From Phoronis australis (Eukaryota > Animalia > Phoronida): a stretch of 64,000 nucleotides of DNA. The translations under genes and the position numbers were made by a program. The notes under the pieces were generated by a model. That model was not told the DNA's origin and did not search any database. It saw nothing but the letters and a program-made list of their open reading frames with translations. The stretch spans positions 833,150 through 897,149 of the forward strand of contig NMRA01000059.1 of the NCBI GenBank assembly GCA_002633005.1. The letters are read 5' to 3'. This document shows, piece after piece, positions 14,051 to 26,526 of the stretch. Each line of letters starts with the position of its first letter. Position 1 is the stretch's first letter.

Positions 14051-15476
14051 GGCAATTTTTGGCAGTGGGATTTTCTGAAAAATGCTCGTAAGTTGAAAAC
14101 AAAGTTTGATAGCAATGCACTGCAGTTTTGTAGAAACTCTGTTCATAGGTTACAGATGCGTCACAGAGCTTAACTTTGATGAATTCTAGCTTACGATTTC
14201 ACCTGTTTCGGAGACCGGGTTTCAACCACTTTTGGGCTATAATAAGCGCCCACTTCGTGAAGCGGGTGTTTCTAAGCACCCTGGCCGCTTATTAGGGCCC
14301 ATACGGTAATATTTCAGAAGGGCAATACTTAGTATCCTTTATGCACGGGACCCTTTGTTACATTAGGAGTGGGATTGGCTCATTATATACACTACAGGTA
14401 GAATAGGACTTTAAAAAACTGGTGGAAGAATTTTGATTTTGTCATAAACGTTCGTTTGAAAGGCTTAAGTTTAGAAATGTTAGGACTCAAAAGGCGGAAA
14501 TTTCAAAAAACATATGTCCGCTTGCACAAAAATAACATTGATGCATAAAAACAACCTTTACACCCCGCTGGTGTTGCTGTTCCATGTTTTCAAAAAAGTT
14601 GGTTGCATTTTCATAGACGGCAGTCGAGAGATTTTGTGCGGCATATGTTCGACATGAAATGAGTGTGTAACCTGCTGTTGAATTGCGAGATAGATTTTGA
14701 CTGGTTCGGGTGCTTATTTATGAAGTATTAATGTAATCTTTATTGATGTTAAAGGTTTTACCAGCGTTCTATTTATTTGTACACGAATGTGAATGTGTTG
14801 AAATCGCTGATCCAAATCCTGACCAACCGTCTGATCAGGGCCAGCGAAGAGTAATTTGGTTAATTCGCACACTAGGCTGTGGCTGAACTTCCTCGTAAGG
14901 ACAGGAGTTTACGAGCTACTACCTTTGGAAGAAATTTAGCGGATATTTTTTGTCAAAAAGTTTACCAGATAGTTTTCATCAAAACGGAGAAAACAAAAAT
15001 GGATTTGTGAAGACAGGATTAAGACTAAGTAGTAGAGTCTCTTAAAAACATTCATCATAGAAGTGCCTTGAACAAATGTATAAAGTCTTATTGCTGAAAC
15101 AACTGCCATTCACGTTGACACAAGAAGTAAGGTTTTCTTCCCACAGCCGATTGTGGGGTCTTCAGATGGTATGGAGGCTAATTCCTTTGCATTTCGCGTG
15201 TGTGGCCGAACAACCGGCCACACAGTAGCCGACCATGATTAGCAGACGACGTACTTGCCGGAAATTGCACCAGATAATTTAGCCAGATGTCGCCAGTGAA
15301 TAATGACGTAAGGGCTTGTGCGTAAGGTCACAGATTTCGTCCATTGAAAGTACATGTATATGGAGTTGGCGGTCCATGTACTATAGTCTATGCACACAGT
15401 TTGGTCATCTTGAAAACTATAATTTATGCGTAGACAGCCCAAAAAGATAGTAATTAATGGAAGAACTTTCACACAA

Positions 15477-15612
15477 TGGCTGCACTTGATTGTCTTCGCC
15501 GGTTCCGTCTGGTCAAGCGGTTAAGACATCTGATTGGTGTGTAAACCGGAAGTAGTCATCGAAAGTCAGACGTCCATCTGGTTGACCCAGCGGAATCGGC
15601 AAAGTAAATTAA
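15477..15612. mobile_element. Palindromic MITE (second copy at 47927-48068)
   Basis: TGGCTGCACTTGATTG...GTCTGGTCAA.CGG.TA.GACATCTGATTGG shared between the copies. Confidence 0.65.
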
Positions 15613-15944
15613 GCATACCCATTCTAACGTCAGATAGTTGGAAATTGTTTGCGTATTGTTTTCAGGAGATGTTATTCCATGGTTTTAATCATAATTGAAC
15701 TAAACCGGTGTCTTCTGTCGATTCCTGCGCCGACAGTGACATGTCAGCCTATAAAGAATGACCGTATTTTATACGGATTTGATTCAATAAACGAAGAATA
15801 CGGACGTAGAAATAAAGTTATGCAGATCCTTCAAAAACGTCAGTATTTATTCAAACCTATTACCAATTTCCGTGATGATAAAAGAGCGCATTACCCACAA
15901 GGGTAGAACGAGGTATGGGCCTCCATCCAGCATATGATGAGTCT

Positions 15945-16507
15945 CGTGGGAAAAGAAAGATTCCCACCTTGAAAACAATCATGAAAGTTGTCCTATCTCT
16001 CCCCCACAGTGATGCAGACTGTGAGAGAGAACATTTCCAGTGGTCAGAAAAATCCTCACAGATTGCAAGAAAAATGTGAACACTCTAGCAGCACTACTGT
16101 GAACACTCTAGCAGCACTACTGTGAACACTCTAGCAGCACTACTGTGAACACTCTAGCAGCACTACTGCAGTGCAAGATGAACACTTGTATTTGCTGTGA
16201 TCAGACACCCTGTGATAAACACTTACACTTTGTAAAAAAGCAGCATCTGAATACAACCAGGAGTATTCATCCCTTGGCTAAGAATTTAAAAACATGAGAA
16301 TACATGCGGTGCATGATGACTATAATCGGTTCAGATGTTGTTTAATGAAGCTGCGCTACTCACTAGTTTGTATGGGCGTGTCTTTATTTCATTGAATTGT
16401 CAAAATGTCACGTTGCAATCCAGTTTAGAGATATTATTGATTTTTTCCTTCAAATGTTGATGTTCACAGATGATACAGGTGGGGGCCTGAGGGGATTGAC
16501 ATGTATG
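15945..16507 (+). mobile_element. hAT transposase C-terminal (dimerisation) relic with probable right TIR
   Basis: Frameshifted RFPTLKTIMKVVLSLPHSDADCER.F..VRKILTD...TLAALLQCKMN...KKAASEYN; ends GGGATTGACATGTATG. Confidence 0.78.
16075..16166 (+). repeat. Tandem repeat, 23 bp x4 (TGTGAACACTCTAGCAGCACTAC)
   Basis: Four identical units inside the hAT relic. Confidence 0.95.
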
Positions 16508-17424
16508 TAGCCCGCCGCTTATAAGTGACATGACACATGCTCTTATAGTGGCCCACAATGCAATACAAGTAGGCCTAACCACACGATGTTCATTGCAAAA
16601 ATTGAATGAACATGTTCACATGAATACATAATGTACATTTATTGCTATGTCTTCAATCGGACACACCCGTCGTAATCAGAGGAGAGTAATTTAAAACAAA
16701 CTAGTGCGAAAACGTACAGAAAGGAGTGCCTGCGATGGTCCTGAAGACTTTTTGAAAGTGGTGTTTTTGCGACGTTGGAAGCTAAATCTGAGAGTCCCCA
16801 GTCCGAACTGCCAAGACACTGGGCAAGAATCTATCCTCAAATAGCGGACTTTTCATATTGATGCCTTCTAGAGCAATGAGAGAGAAAGTGACTTCCGCTT
16901 GATCTTTCCTCAGAAAGTTGCTGCTTTCTTACAGTGGTTCATAATACTTCAAGTCTCCTTTTTTGCTATTTGAACCAATTAAATTGAATTATGTCGTTCC
17001 TGGTATCTCCTAAATCAAAACTTTTTCGTTTGTAATGTAACGTAAATTTAAATCCCAAGGCATCAAACCCTTTGAAATACACTGATCGGTTGTCTACGTA
17101 TGTCATTTATTATGTGGAAAAACAAAATATCCATACATTCCACAGCAATTCATTAGGCGATGTACTCTGCCAACGTGATAACCCAGTCAAATCGTCCTTC
17201 GTTGAATGTGAATTGAAGAACACGAGGATAGCCAGACTCCATATATTTCTGGGTTGCGTTCTGCGGAGCACGTTTCTTGCGAGAAAAGAGGAACCATGCA
17301 AGACCACGGAATGTTAAATCATTTGAACACGTTGTAAGCCAAGAGTTCTCGCCGCAAGTGTCTTGCGAGTATTTTGCGGCAGAATGTGCCCATCCAAACC
17401 CTAACGTTTATATAATCTGTTTAC

Positions 17425-18468
17425 TCATGCGACTTTATGGGATTGCGTGTCTAGAATCTCTTGGTTAATAGGAATACATATAATCGGCTTTTTTACTGTC
17501 CTGCTGAGAGATTGTATATGATTACCTCGGCGCTTTGCTTGTTTCTTATTAACTTCATTGGCACAATCTCCTTGATCTCCAAGCTTTTCCCAATACGAGT
17601 CCGAAGCAAGACAAGCCTTGAAGCACCCTTTGCACATGTAAGGACAGCCAGCACTGTGCTGTATTTCTAACTCCTCGTCGTAAAGAAGCGGAAGGAAGTA
17701 GCCGCCACTGTACAGTTTCCGCGGTGTCACCGTGCGATCGTTGAGGCCTGATTTGTATGCATCTGTCGTTAATGAACTTAGGCCCAAATTGAGCGAATTT
17801 TCTATTTTCAGTGATTCCGTATTCCACGCAGGTGCCGAACGCACCCTTGTGTTGTACGCCTCGCGCATGGCATCTAGTGTGCGAAAGCTTGTTGAATGAG
17901 TATCTAATACTTTTGCATGTGTGCGAACTTCTAGAGCACTCACGCACCTTGCACTTGTAACGTCTACTGATGGCACCAGCGCTGAAGTTTCTGGGTATGT
18001 GCCCGTTTGGTCAGTTACCATTTTCCGAATGTCGATGCAAGGGAAGTCGTCAGATTCCGGAGTAGGTCGATAGACTGATGTCATTGGTCGATGCTTTCGT
18101 AATGTGTGTAAATTGAATAGCTTTCTTCCATCGCTTTTATTACAGCTATTAAGAGCGTCGTCGTTAAGCTTATCGTCACTTGGTAGCAAACCTTTGCCTC
18201 TGATTACTTCATGACAAGGTATTGTTTGCCTCCTCTTCTCAAAATGGCGTCTGCCCATAACACACCCTGCAATCTTTGCTCTTTCCTGTATGCTATGTAC
18301 AATGGCTTCATGAACGTTGGGTGTAGTACTGGACCTCTTAGCGATCCCGATCGGAAGTAGCCAAGAGTTTGCTGATATACCATTAAGAACAACATTACCC
18401 TCAAACGCATTCCCATTCGGGTGAGGAAGGCGAATCTTGTGGAAGATTTTATCCGTTAAGTCTGACAT
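17425..18468 (-). CDS. Uncharacterised 347-aa protein, single coding exon, C-terminal HxxxCxxxCxxCxxxC motif
   Basis: Longest ORF in the window (1044 nt) in AT-rich DNA. A strong acceptor with branch point (ctaattgcttttgtag, AG at 18479-18478) lies 9 nt upstream of the ATG. No TE motif recognised. Confidence 0.75.
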   Translation of the reverse strand: MSDLTDKIFHKIRLPHPNGNAFEGNVVLNGISANSWLLPIGIAKRSSTTPNVHEAIVHSIQERAKIAGCVMGRRHFEKRRQTIPCHEVIRGKGLLPSDDKLNDDALNSCNKSDGRKLFNLHTLRKHRPMTSVYRPTPESDDFPCIDIRKMVTDQTGTYPETSALVPSVDVTSARCVSALEVRTHAKVLDTHSTSFRTLDAMREAYNTRVRSAPAWNTESLKIENSLNLGLSSLTTDAYKSGLNDRTVTPRKLYSGGYFLPLLYDEELEIQHSAGCPYMCKGCFKACLASDSYWEKLGDQGDCANEVNKKQAKRRGNHIQSLSRTVKKPIICIPINQEILDTQSHKVA

Positions 18469-19991
18469 TGCGCAAATCTACAAAAGCAATTAGTCTAAGT
18501 ATTAGTCTTAAAAACCGATTCAAGTATAAGTTGTGCAAGAGTGTGGAGTTATTATCATCCTACACAGGAACGTTAGGGGACATAGATACGACTCGTGCAC
18601 CATGGAATACCATGACGAATTCTTTAAATGGAATAGTGCTTAGCAAGAGGGTCCTAACAATTTCCGTATTGATGAACATGCAGTGAAAGGAAAAGAACGA
18701 CATGCCGCTTTCTGTCATGGCGATTAATTATGTCAACGCAAAATTACTAGTAATTATTATTAGGGCGACAAAGTTCTAATTACCGAATAGCGGAGTTGCA
18801 TAGCCGCCATATTGGAAATGGGTCAGAATGTTGCATTGTTGTTAAGTCGGTAAACAAGTACGTCGGCAAGCGTGGGGGCGAATAGGCCACAGGGAGGTTA
18901 TACGTGTTGTGTGCCTGGCTGCTATAATACCAGTTAGCGAGATAAAGAATTTAGTTACTACCTGTTTCCCAACTATCAGAATTGCATAAAAATGGGTCAG
19001 AAACATCGGTAGAGCTGGTAGCAAAGGACAATTTAGTGAATTATTTCCGACTTCGTGGCCTAAAGTATGCAGCGCTCATTTTGAGGACTGCCAGAAAACG
19101 TATCTTGGAAACTGACCAACAATATTTCCCTTGAAAGAAACAGTAACAAATACTCCAGGGCGGAGGGTAGTAAAATATCTAGTTTTCGCTTGACCAGAAC
19201 CAAGCCAATTTGAGCAATTTTGAGGATAGTGCTTCTGCACAATCACCTGTTCTGTCAGTGTCGACTCAGTTAACGCACACTTTGCATTAACATGCTAAGA
19301 CAAATTCCAGAATATTATTGTTTACTTTCTACAAAATTGTGGTGAATTCCTATCAAAATTCGTTGTTAAATTACGATCATTTTTCAGAAAATTGTGTTGA
19401 AATCCCAGGGCGAAATCTCTCCGACAAATGCGTTGCTGCCGGTCTCGCAATCGTCGATAGGGCTTGAATTCTTGAATAAGACACAACAAATTACCTGAAA
19501 TCTTCCTCAAGTTTTCCAAATAACATCTCTAAGATTTTTAAGTCTTTGTGGAGTGTGGATTAAGTGCAGATTAAGTCCAAATCTGCGCTAGATTGTAGCC
19601 CGCAACACAACAAAAATCTCTGAGGGAACACACGTTGTTGTCCCGTGACGTTTGTTTTGAAGTTTGCATGTGTGTCTGTGAGAGTAGGCGTGCGTGTGAA
19701 TGTCATCAGAGTTGCTTTGCCAGAGTAAATGCGATGTAATGATCTAGGTGTGCATTGTAACCAAAGAAATGAACTCAAGCAGTCAAGCAGAGCGTACGTG
19801 TTCTAATATTTAGCTTAGCACTTGCTGGACTCAATCTGCTAAAAAACGTTCTATAATTGCTTCGGTAAGACCGATATGTCACTCATTGAATCGCCGGCTG
19901 AGTGAATGCGTGACCGTACAGCTATTTTCCGGAAGATTCAGGGTGTAAGGGTACGAATGTGTTCACTATCAGTGGGTCATTTTGACTTTAA

Positions 19992-21419
19992 AAGAGCATG
20001 CACCCAAAAAACAACCTAATTTGCATCAATTTAGATCGAGTAGTTCTACTCCATAACAACACCGTAGCCTACAAAGTTCGGCAGGCCATTGAATGTCCGT
20101 AGCAGGAGTTTGGGGTCTGTTCAGAGATAATTTCGAAGTCTTTTCCGTGTGATACAGACAGGAGAACCTAGATCTGTGTTGTTTAGACTTGTGATTTTTT
20201 GAGTTCTAAACACAAAACGCTTGTTATCCTGGCCAGTGGCTCGGAGCCCAATCAGGCCCGTCGCGGCTAGCCGGATTGACTCGTTATCCCGGCCAGTGGC
20301 TCGGAAACTGATCAGACATCACGAACATAAACCAGCCAAAGTTCAGTGGAAACTAAACTTCCAGTCAAGAAAATACTATACATGTACTTGTGAGCCAAAG
20401 TAATGTGCACCGGATTATATTGGTGAATTAGCCACGAAACTGCAAATCTACTTACTCGTCGGGGGCCGCGAATTCAGGTTCCGCTTTGGCCACAGCACAG
20501 TCAGGGCAGAAGTTGTACATTGACAATCATTATTTGAGTAATGTAAATGTAAATAAATAATCCCCAAACACCTGGCCGTGGGATGGAAATCGAGTTGTTT
20601 CACAACAGTTTCTGCCAGCAAACACTAAATTAGCATGAGCTCATACGGCCTCGGTGTCCCGTCAATTACTTTTATTGCACCTAAAGCCGGTAACGCAGTG
20701 ATTTATTCATTGCTGGCTTCTCAAATCATTGGCACTCACGAACATTCCAAAGGCATTACAAATTGCATCTAATGAGACAGACTTTGTTTCAGTTTTATAT
20801 AAGTATTGGTCAGGGTGAGAATAATTCATTTTGAAAGAGAACGCTCAGTAATAAACGCCAACGTGGCAACTCGCAATCCCGACTAAGGACGAGCTAGAGC
20901 TCATCAGTCCCAACTTCGCAGGTGGATCGTTAAGTTTTACATGCTATCAATTCGAACCGGAATACAGTGATGAAGAAATACTAGAGAGGCACCGTGAACA
21001 AGCTCAGACAACGGAACGCATGGAGTTATTTGGTAAGCCGGCATTCGTCAGGCACTTTCGACATCTGCAGGTCACAGACACGGAGATGTTTCACGGCCTC
21101 ATACTTGCTATTTACAGCGTACATTTCATTCTTCACTACCATGAGCCACTTCCTAATCATTTCGGACTCTCGAGGATGTAAAAAAACGATATACTCGCTT
21201 TCCTCGCAGCTGCTTAGTTCGAACAAGAGGGAACGATGCACTGCAACATAGCGGCATTCACTCTACATGTGAACCACTGACGTCGATAGCGTCGTTTCTC
21301 ACCTTCCTCACAGGTTAACGCGACACCTCTTGGCAAGGTAAGGTCGACCCTATGCGAGGCGATGTGAATATAGACCTATTAAGATGGAAAAAACTAATCA
21401 AATCGGGTGGCATTCTCCT
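19992..21419 (-). mobile_element. Non-autonomous Kolobok-type DNA transposon, copy A
   Basis: TTAA at 19988-19991 and 21420-21423; TIR AAGAGCATGCACCC / GGGTGGCATTCTCCT; THAP relic on minus (21026-21249); YQFEPEYSDEE relic on plus (20945-20977). Confidence 0.8.
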
Positions 21420-22171
21420 TTAAAAACAACGATTATGATTAGTTAAATAATTGCTCTTAGAAATAATGTAAAAGTTTTTTACGATATCAGAAACTTTCGG
21501 AAATTAGAGCCAATGTATTTCTTGCCGATACAATGTTACCCGATTCATGAATATATAGTTCCCGACTAAATGTCTTCGATAACAGCCGGTACATTATGCA
21601 GGGTGCGCTTCTTGGCCGCTTGCTAACATTGGTCGAGTTTCTTTTTTGAATCGCGGCGTAAGTTGGAATTGTATACGCCCATAACGGTGAGACTCGTGGT
21701 TTACAAATTCAGGACTGTCGGATCTTTCAATTGATAAATTGGATACGTTAAAAGTACAGGTAAGGCATTTTCCGCTTGTAGTTCATGGGCTGGGCGCTTA
21801 CTTTAGCGAAGTCTGAAAACGCGTGGGGGCACTTATTGGGGCATGGACGCTTATTAAGTCGAATAGCGGCAGAAATACATACAGCAGAGTAGTTAAATGC
21901 ACAAAAATCACACGTCGTGCAAACCAATCGGCCATTCCACATACGTTAATCAATCACAATAGCCTTTGCGCATCCTAATTTCCGGACATGCGCAATCGTT
22001 AAATCGATTCGGTTGCAACTCCGCAATTGCTTATAACTTTCCCGTTAATTCACAGCCATCGTGACTGGAAATTTCTGGTCATTTTATTTGACTGGTAATG
22101 CAGCTTTTTTATTTTGTCAAAAGTGTTATCTAGAAAGTGATTCACAGTAATTCCTTGCTGACATCGTTTAT

Positions 22172-22782
22172 AGAGGCATGGAACGCGATAGCTCGTCAAA
22201 AATATAATTTAAACAATTCTCGACGAAATTACCATCCCGCAGTATCTGATACAGCGTTATTCAGTTTCCCTTGTGAGGTAATTTCGAGAAAAAATCACAA
22301 AATTGATGATTATAGAAATATGCGCGGCGAAGGAAAAACTCTGTAATCATCACACTTTCTAACCTCCCTCCCACTTATGACAAATGCGCTCACAATCATC
22401 CGACAAGAAGCTGACTGACAAGAAAACGGCAGATTGAGTGATCGCACCTCGAATCTGAAGTCGACGGAACAGTATGAGGCAAGCCATTTTCCAAAAATAA
22501 TTCCAAGTGAATTTTAGAATTTATTTGAGCACTACGACACCTTTGCAATTAGTTTTATTAACAGTCTGGACTGACATCAATATCCATTGCCTCTACGGCT
22601 ATGTCTTGTGATATCCAATAAGGAGACGTGCTTTGCCTTGACGGGGGAAAATCAACGAAGAAATTCCAGTTCTTTGCGAACAAACGGTGAAAATAACTGT
22701 TGAGCAGGTTGAATCCTGTTTCAGTAGCAGAGAAACACTTTGAATAATGTAAATTAGTCTGTCTTTCGCGTTCCATGCCTCT
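22172..22782 (+). mobile_element. TTAA-type MITE family 2, copy 2
   Basis: Perfect TIR AGAGGCATGGAACGCGA / TCGCGTTCCATGCCTCT. Confidence 0.78.
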
Positions 22783-23194
22783 TAAATAGTTTTGTTTTCT
22801 AATTTTATGATTATTTTTAACATTCCTCGGCTTACTGATTTGAAATAGAGTTATTTTATATTTCATCCGTCCTCGTTCCATATCCTACTAATTAAATTAT
22901 ATTCGTTTACTTATTTCAAAAACTGCGTGATCAAATTTATTTTCCATCAAGTGCATTTTTATTCTCTGCAGCATGCGTAAAGCAAACGCGTGCGCTTGTT
23001 TTCGAAGTTTCACACGAACCTATTCAATCAAGTGGTGACAATTATGTATACCTTGTTTTCAGACCACTGGTGAAGCAGAAGTTAACGCTCTCTGGCCGCT
23101 GGACTGTGTCGTACAGTTGTAGTTTCACCCATATATCGATACGAGCATGCAGGCCAGTTATTCGAAAAGATGATAACTGTTACAAATAAACCAA

Positions 23195-24005
23195 GCCCAA
23201 TGATGACTTTTATATAGGCATGGCAACTAGGGTCTTGCAAACAAGAGTCAAGGAGTGTGCTAAACACCCCCAACAGTGGTATTTTTGCACTCTCAGTGTT
23301 GACTGGTCATGGGATTGGCTCTTCTGGAGTAAGACAGACAAAGACCCTAACAAGTTCAAGCTGTTTATCCGTGATTCTATTCACTTCAAACAGACTCATG
23401 ATGAGAGCTCACTCAACAGAAATGTTTGGGCCATATGGTTTTGAGTTGTTCTGATCACTGTTTTGTCCCTTACCAGTACTACTCATGCCTTGTGGTGTTC
23501 ATTAAGTGTTTTGGTACACTCTTTCGCAGTGCTACGAAAGGTAGCACTTTGGAGTCTTGTTTAACGTCACAGGCTTCTCATTGGTTAAAGTAATGAAACC
23601 GACGTCATAACATTCAGTCATCCCATTGGTTGAAATCTGTAAAACACTCTTCAGTTTGCTGTTGCGTAGAATAGGCGATCACCTTTAACTCGAATAGTTG
23701 CAATTTACTAAAACGGCAGTGATGGAAATAAACAAAATCAAGGGAACCCCGATCCAGTGGCTTAAGCCCAAACAAGTACAGTGCATAAAGGCGTGTTCAA
23801 GTGGTAGCGATTTGATCGGTATACTTCCGACCAAGCATGCGCTTTGATGCCCACACACGGAATTCCGTGCGTTGTGCTTCATGTTTTCCACAGGGCCACT
23901 TTTCAATATAGGTGACGCTGTGTCAGAGGGTAATGTTTGGCTGTATAGCCGATTAGTGACATTGCTTTCTGATGAAGGTTTTATGTCAGTAAACCGATCA
24001 TGAAT
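23195..24005 (+). mobile_element. Penelope-like retroelement relic (GIY-YIG endonuclease C-terminus plus downstream degenerate hammerhead-like motif)
   Basis: Frameshifted DFYIGMATRVLQTRVKE...NSGIFALSVLTGH...DKDPNKFKLFIRDSIHFK...LNRN.GPYGFELF* (23202-23454); CTGATGA-stem at 23969. Confidence 0.75.
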
Positions 24006-24349
24006 CGCCTCGCAGTTTTCATTTTCAACTTTCTCCTGTTGCTATGGCCAAAAACTAGTGTTATTACTGAGCAGTTTCCAGCCGGCATCCAATGATGGTA
24101 CATGTAAAATTATTTTAAAAAGAACAACAGTAATGTAAACATCCCATTGGGAAATTTCTCAATCAAATCATCGACTACTAGTATGTAACAAAACATTATT
24201 TCAAGCTGGTTTCTCAAAATGTTGCATTTTATTTAGCAAAAAAGGAAGCAACAACACCATTTCTAGACGATAAAAATTTCATTTGATAAGTCAGATTATA
24301 TTCAAGCAAAAATTTCCACTAAAAATGTTATTATAATTGAAAGAAATTT

Positions 24350-24499
24350 ACTTACCTGCTATTCTAAATTACATTTTCTAATATCTGTGGAGTGGAAGCT
24401 CGAAGGAACTTTCAAATCACCGTTATGTCTTGACAACACTGTGTATTTATTTGGCTGCAACCAATCGCTCGCTAATGAGGAAAATTGCTTCATGGCAAC
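24350..24499 (-). promoter_or_regulatory. Candidate promoter (X-box-like GTTGCCATGAAGCAA, CCAAT) and non-coding exon ending in CAG|GTAAGT
   Basis: TTGCTTCATGGCAAC at 24485-24499, CCAATC at ~24461, consensus donor at 24355-24350 pointing toward the orphan ORF. Confidence 0.4.
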
Positions 24500-25181
24500 A
24501 AGATACTTCAGTGCAATTACTGCGCAAATGCGGAAGGATTAATCATTGGTAATCTAGTGATTAGCAGTGATATTTGGTCAATCATTTAATTAGAATGCTT
24601 AGAGATGCAGACCAGAATGTCTCGCCGAGAGACAGGCAATGACGATATTGGAAATACGTGCGCTTGCTCGGTTTTTCTGGCATTTATTAGATAGCCTATT
24701 TTGATAGTATAACTGTTTCAGTGTAGACCAAAAGCTACTTCAATTTTGGAAGAGTTAACCAACCATGTTTCAGTCGGTAGCTCCTCATATCTTTTTCTTT
24801 GCCCACGATTTATCATTTTGTGGATGAAAATCAGCTTTCAGTGTATAGAAAGGTTTCAACAATGTTATTGTTTGTCGTTAATTATTGGTTTTGTTTGGGG
24901 ATAAGAACGAATATGTTCACATTTGTAAAAGGTGTTGCTGTGAATTGACAATTAAAGTGTAAGCCATTAGTGATGTACAGTATGGATGGGTGACTCTAAA
25001 CTCACTAGGTGGTGCTTGAGACTACGTTCCCTGGGCTCCACAGACGCAAGACAATTTCAAGTAATACTTGTGTGTGTGATCACGTGCGTCACTTTGAATG
25101 CATGGCCACATGTCGTCAAGACTTGTGTGATCTTGCTTTTTGGCGTGTGTTTTACAACCAGTGAATACAGCACAACAAAAC

Positions 25182-25522
25182 GCCCTATCCACGCGACTCC
25201 CATTTTAATTTGAAAACGCAACACTTTTTCCTTTTGAATGTGGCTTCCGTGCACAAGTGTTCACAATCGAAAACGCAATTTTTTGAAATCGCAAACATTA
25301 CGATTGTTTCAGCGTATTCGTGTGAAGGGAAAACGCAAGAAAAAATGCGTTTTTCGGACGTTTTAGCGTATCCGTGTGGAGACAATATATTTCACAAACA
25401 TTCGAGCACGACTCAAGAGGGTGGTGAACTCTTTTAAAATGATAAGAAAACGGTACGTGAAGATGTAGAACGTTTTGAAAAAAAGAGTTTTCAAATTAAA
25501 GCTTGGTCGTGTGGACAGGGCC
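25182..25522. mobile_element. PIF/Harbinger-like MITE
   Basis: TIR GCCCTATCCACGCGAC / GTCGTGTGGACAGGGCC followed by TAA; internal GAAAACG motifs. Confidence 0.65.
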
Positions 25523-26247
25523 TAAATCACGTGGAACACTTAGCTCAGAGACGTCTTCATAGTGATGAACTATTTTCTGGTGTCAATATATTCTAAATAC
25601 TTTCTCAGCACTCGTCCTACGAAACTCAGTTGCAACATTTTCGAATTCACATCTTTGAAAAGTACACAATCGGTTATATTGTAACAAGTGGTTGAATGCT
25701 ATTCTTAAGATATTAGATGTAAACTGAAATTAAAACAAAACAGAAATGAGTTTAACAATTTCCAAAAACTAGTGCGGGATGCTGCAAAATTTCACTGTCT
25801 TAACAGATGACTCCAGAAATAAGAGCGCAATATATGCATGCATTGTAGTCGTTACAAGCACAGATTTAGAATATAAACGTTCATTCATTGGCATTTAGTT
25901 CAAAATTTTGACGTCAGTTTGGTTAAACAGAATTATTTAGATGTGCATTTTTCTAAAGCACACGTTTAACCCTGCTAACCGATGGCTATTATACAGTAAC
26001 TACAAAGTAACTTTAAGTTTCCTTTGGCCTTTTCACGGATAGAGGTAGACATCACATGTTCATTTCCAGCCAACAGGTGGCGAGCATGTAGAATATTCCA
26101 CAAATCCGTGTTCGTGCATGCACATGCATTATGTTTCGTTATGTGAAAAAGGTCAGCTACCTGCACAGTCTAATACTGTACTCATTTCATCCATTCTACC
26201 AATCATTAACGTGTGAGTATTCATATTGTGTGAAGGGTCGCAAATGC

Positions 26248-26526
26248 TTATGGTGTCACTTTCTGTGCGTCTGGATCCATGATGCAAACCCTGCAACGAC
26301 CCATGTTGTTCATAATTTCTCCAACCCTCAGGGTCTTAGGCCTCACAGGAAATCTCGGAGGGTCATCTTGCTGTTCAGCGTGAACAAGCCAGTACGTGAA
26401 CTTGTCGGAGAAGGAATGACACTCGCCGCGCGAATTACATTCTATGTAGGGGTTAGTGCGAAATTTCTCGAGGCAACTTCCGGGACTCGCCAGATCCTGA
26501 CCACCACCCATCGCGCCAACGGAATG
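26248..26526 (-). CDS. COL4A-like: NC1 terminal exon ([20 protein letters not shown]...[17 protein letters not shown])
   Basis: 279 nt, ttttccag acceptor, TAA stop at 26248-26250. Confidence 0.96.
   Translation of the reverse strand, partial: HSVGAMGGGQDLASPGSCLEKFRTNPYIECNSRGECHSFSDKFTYWLVHAEQQDDPPRFPVRPKTLRVGEIMNNMGRCRVCIMDPDAQKVTP

Noticed and set aside
17611-17646. Radical SAM enzyme call for the orphan ORF
   Set aside because: The motif is ~60-70 aa from the C-terminus with no room for the barrel; kept only as a metal-binding motif.
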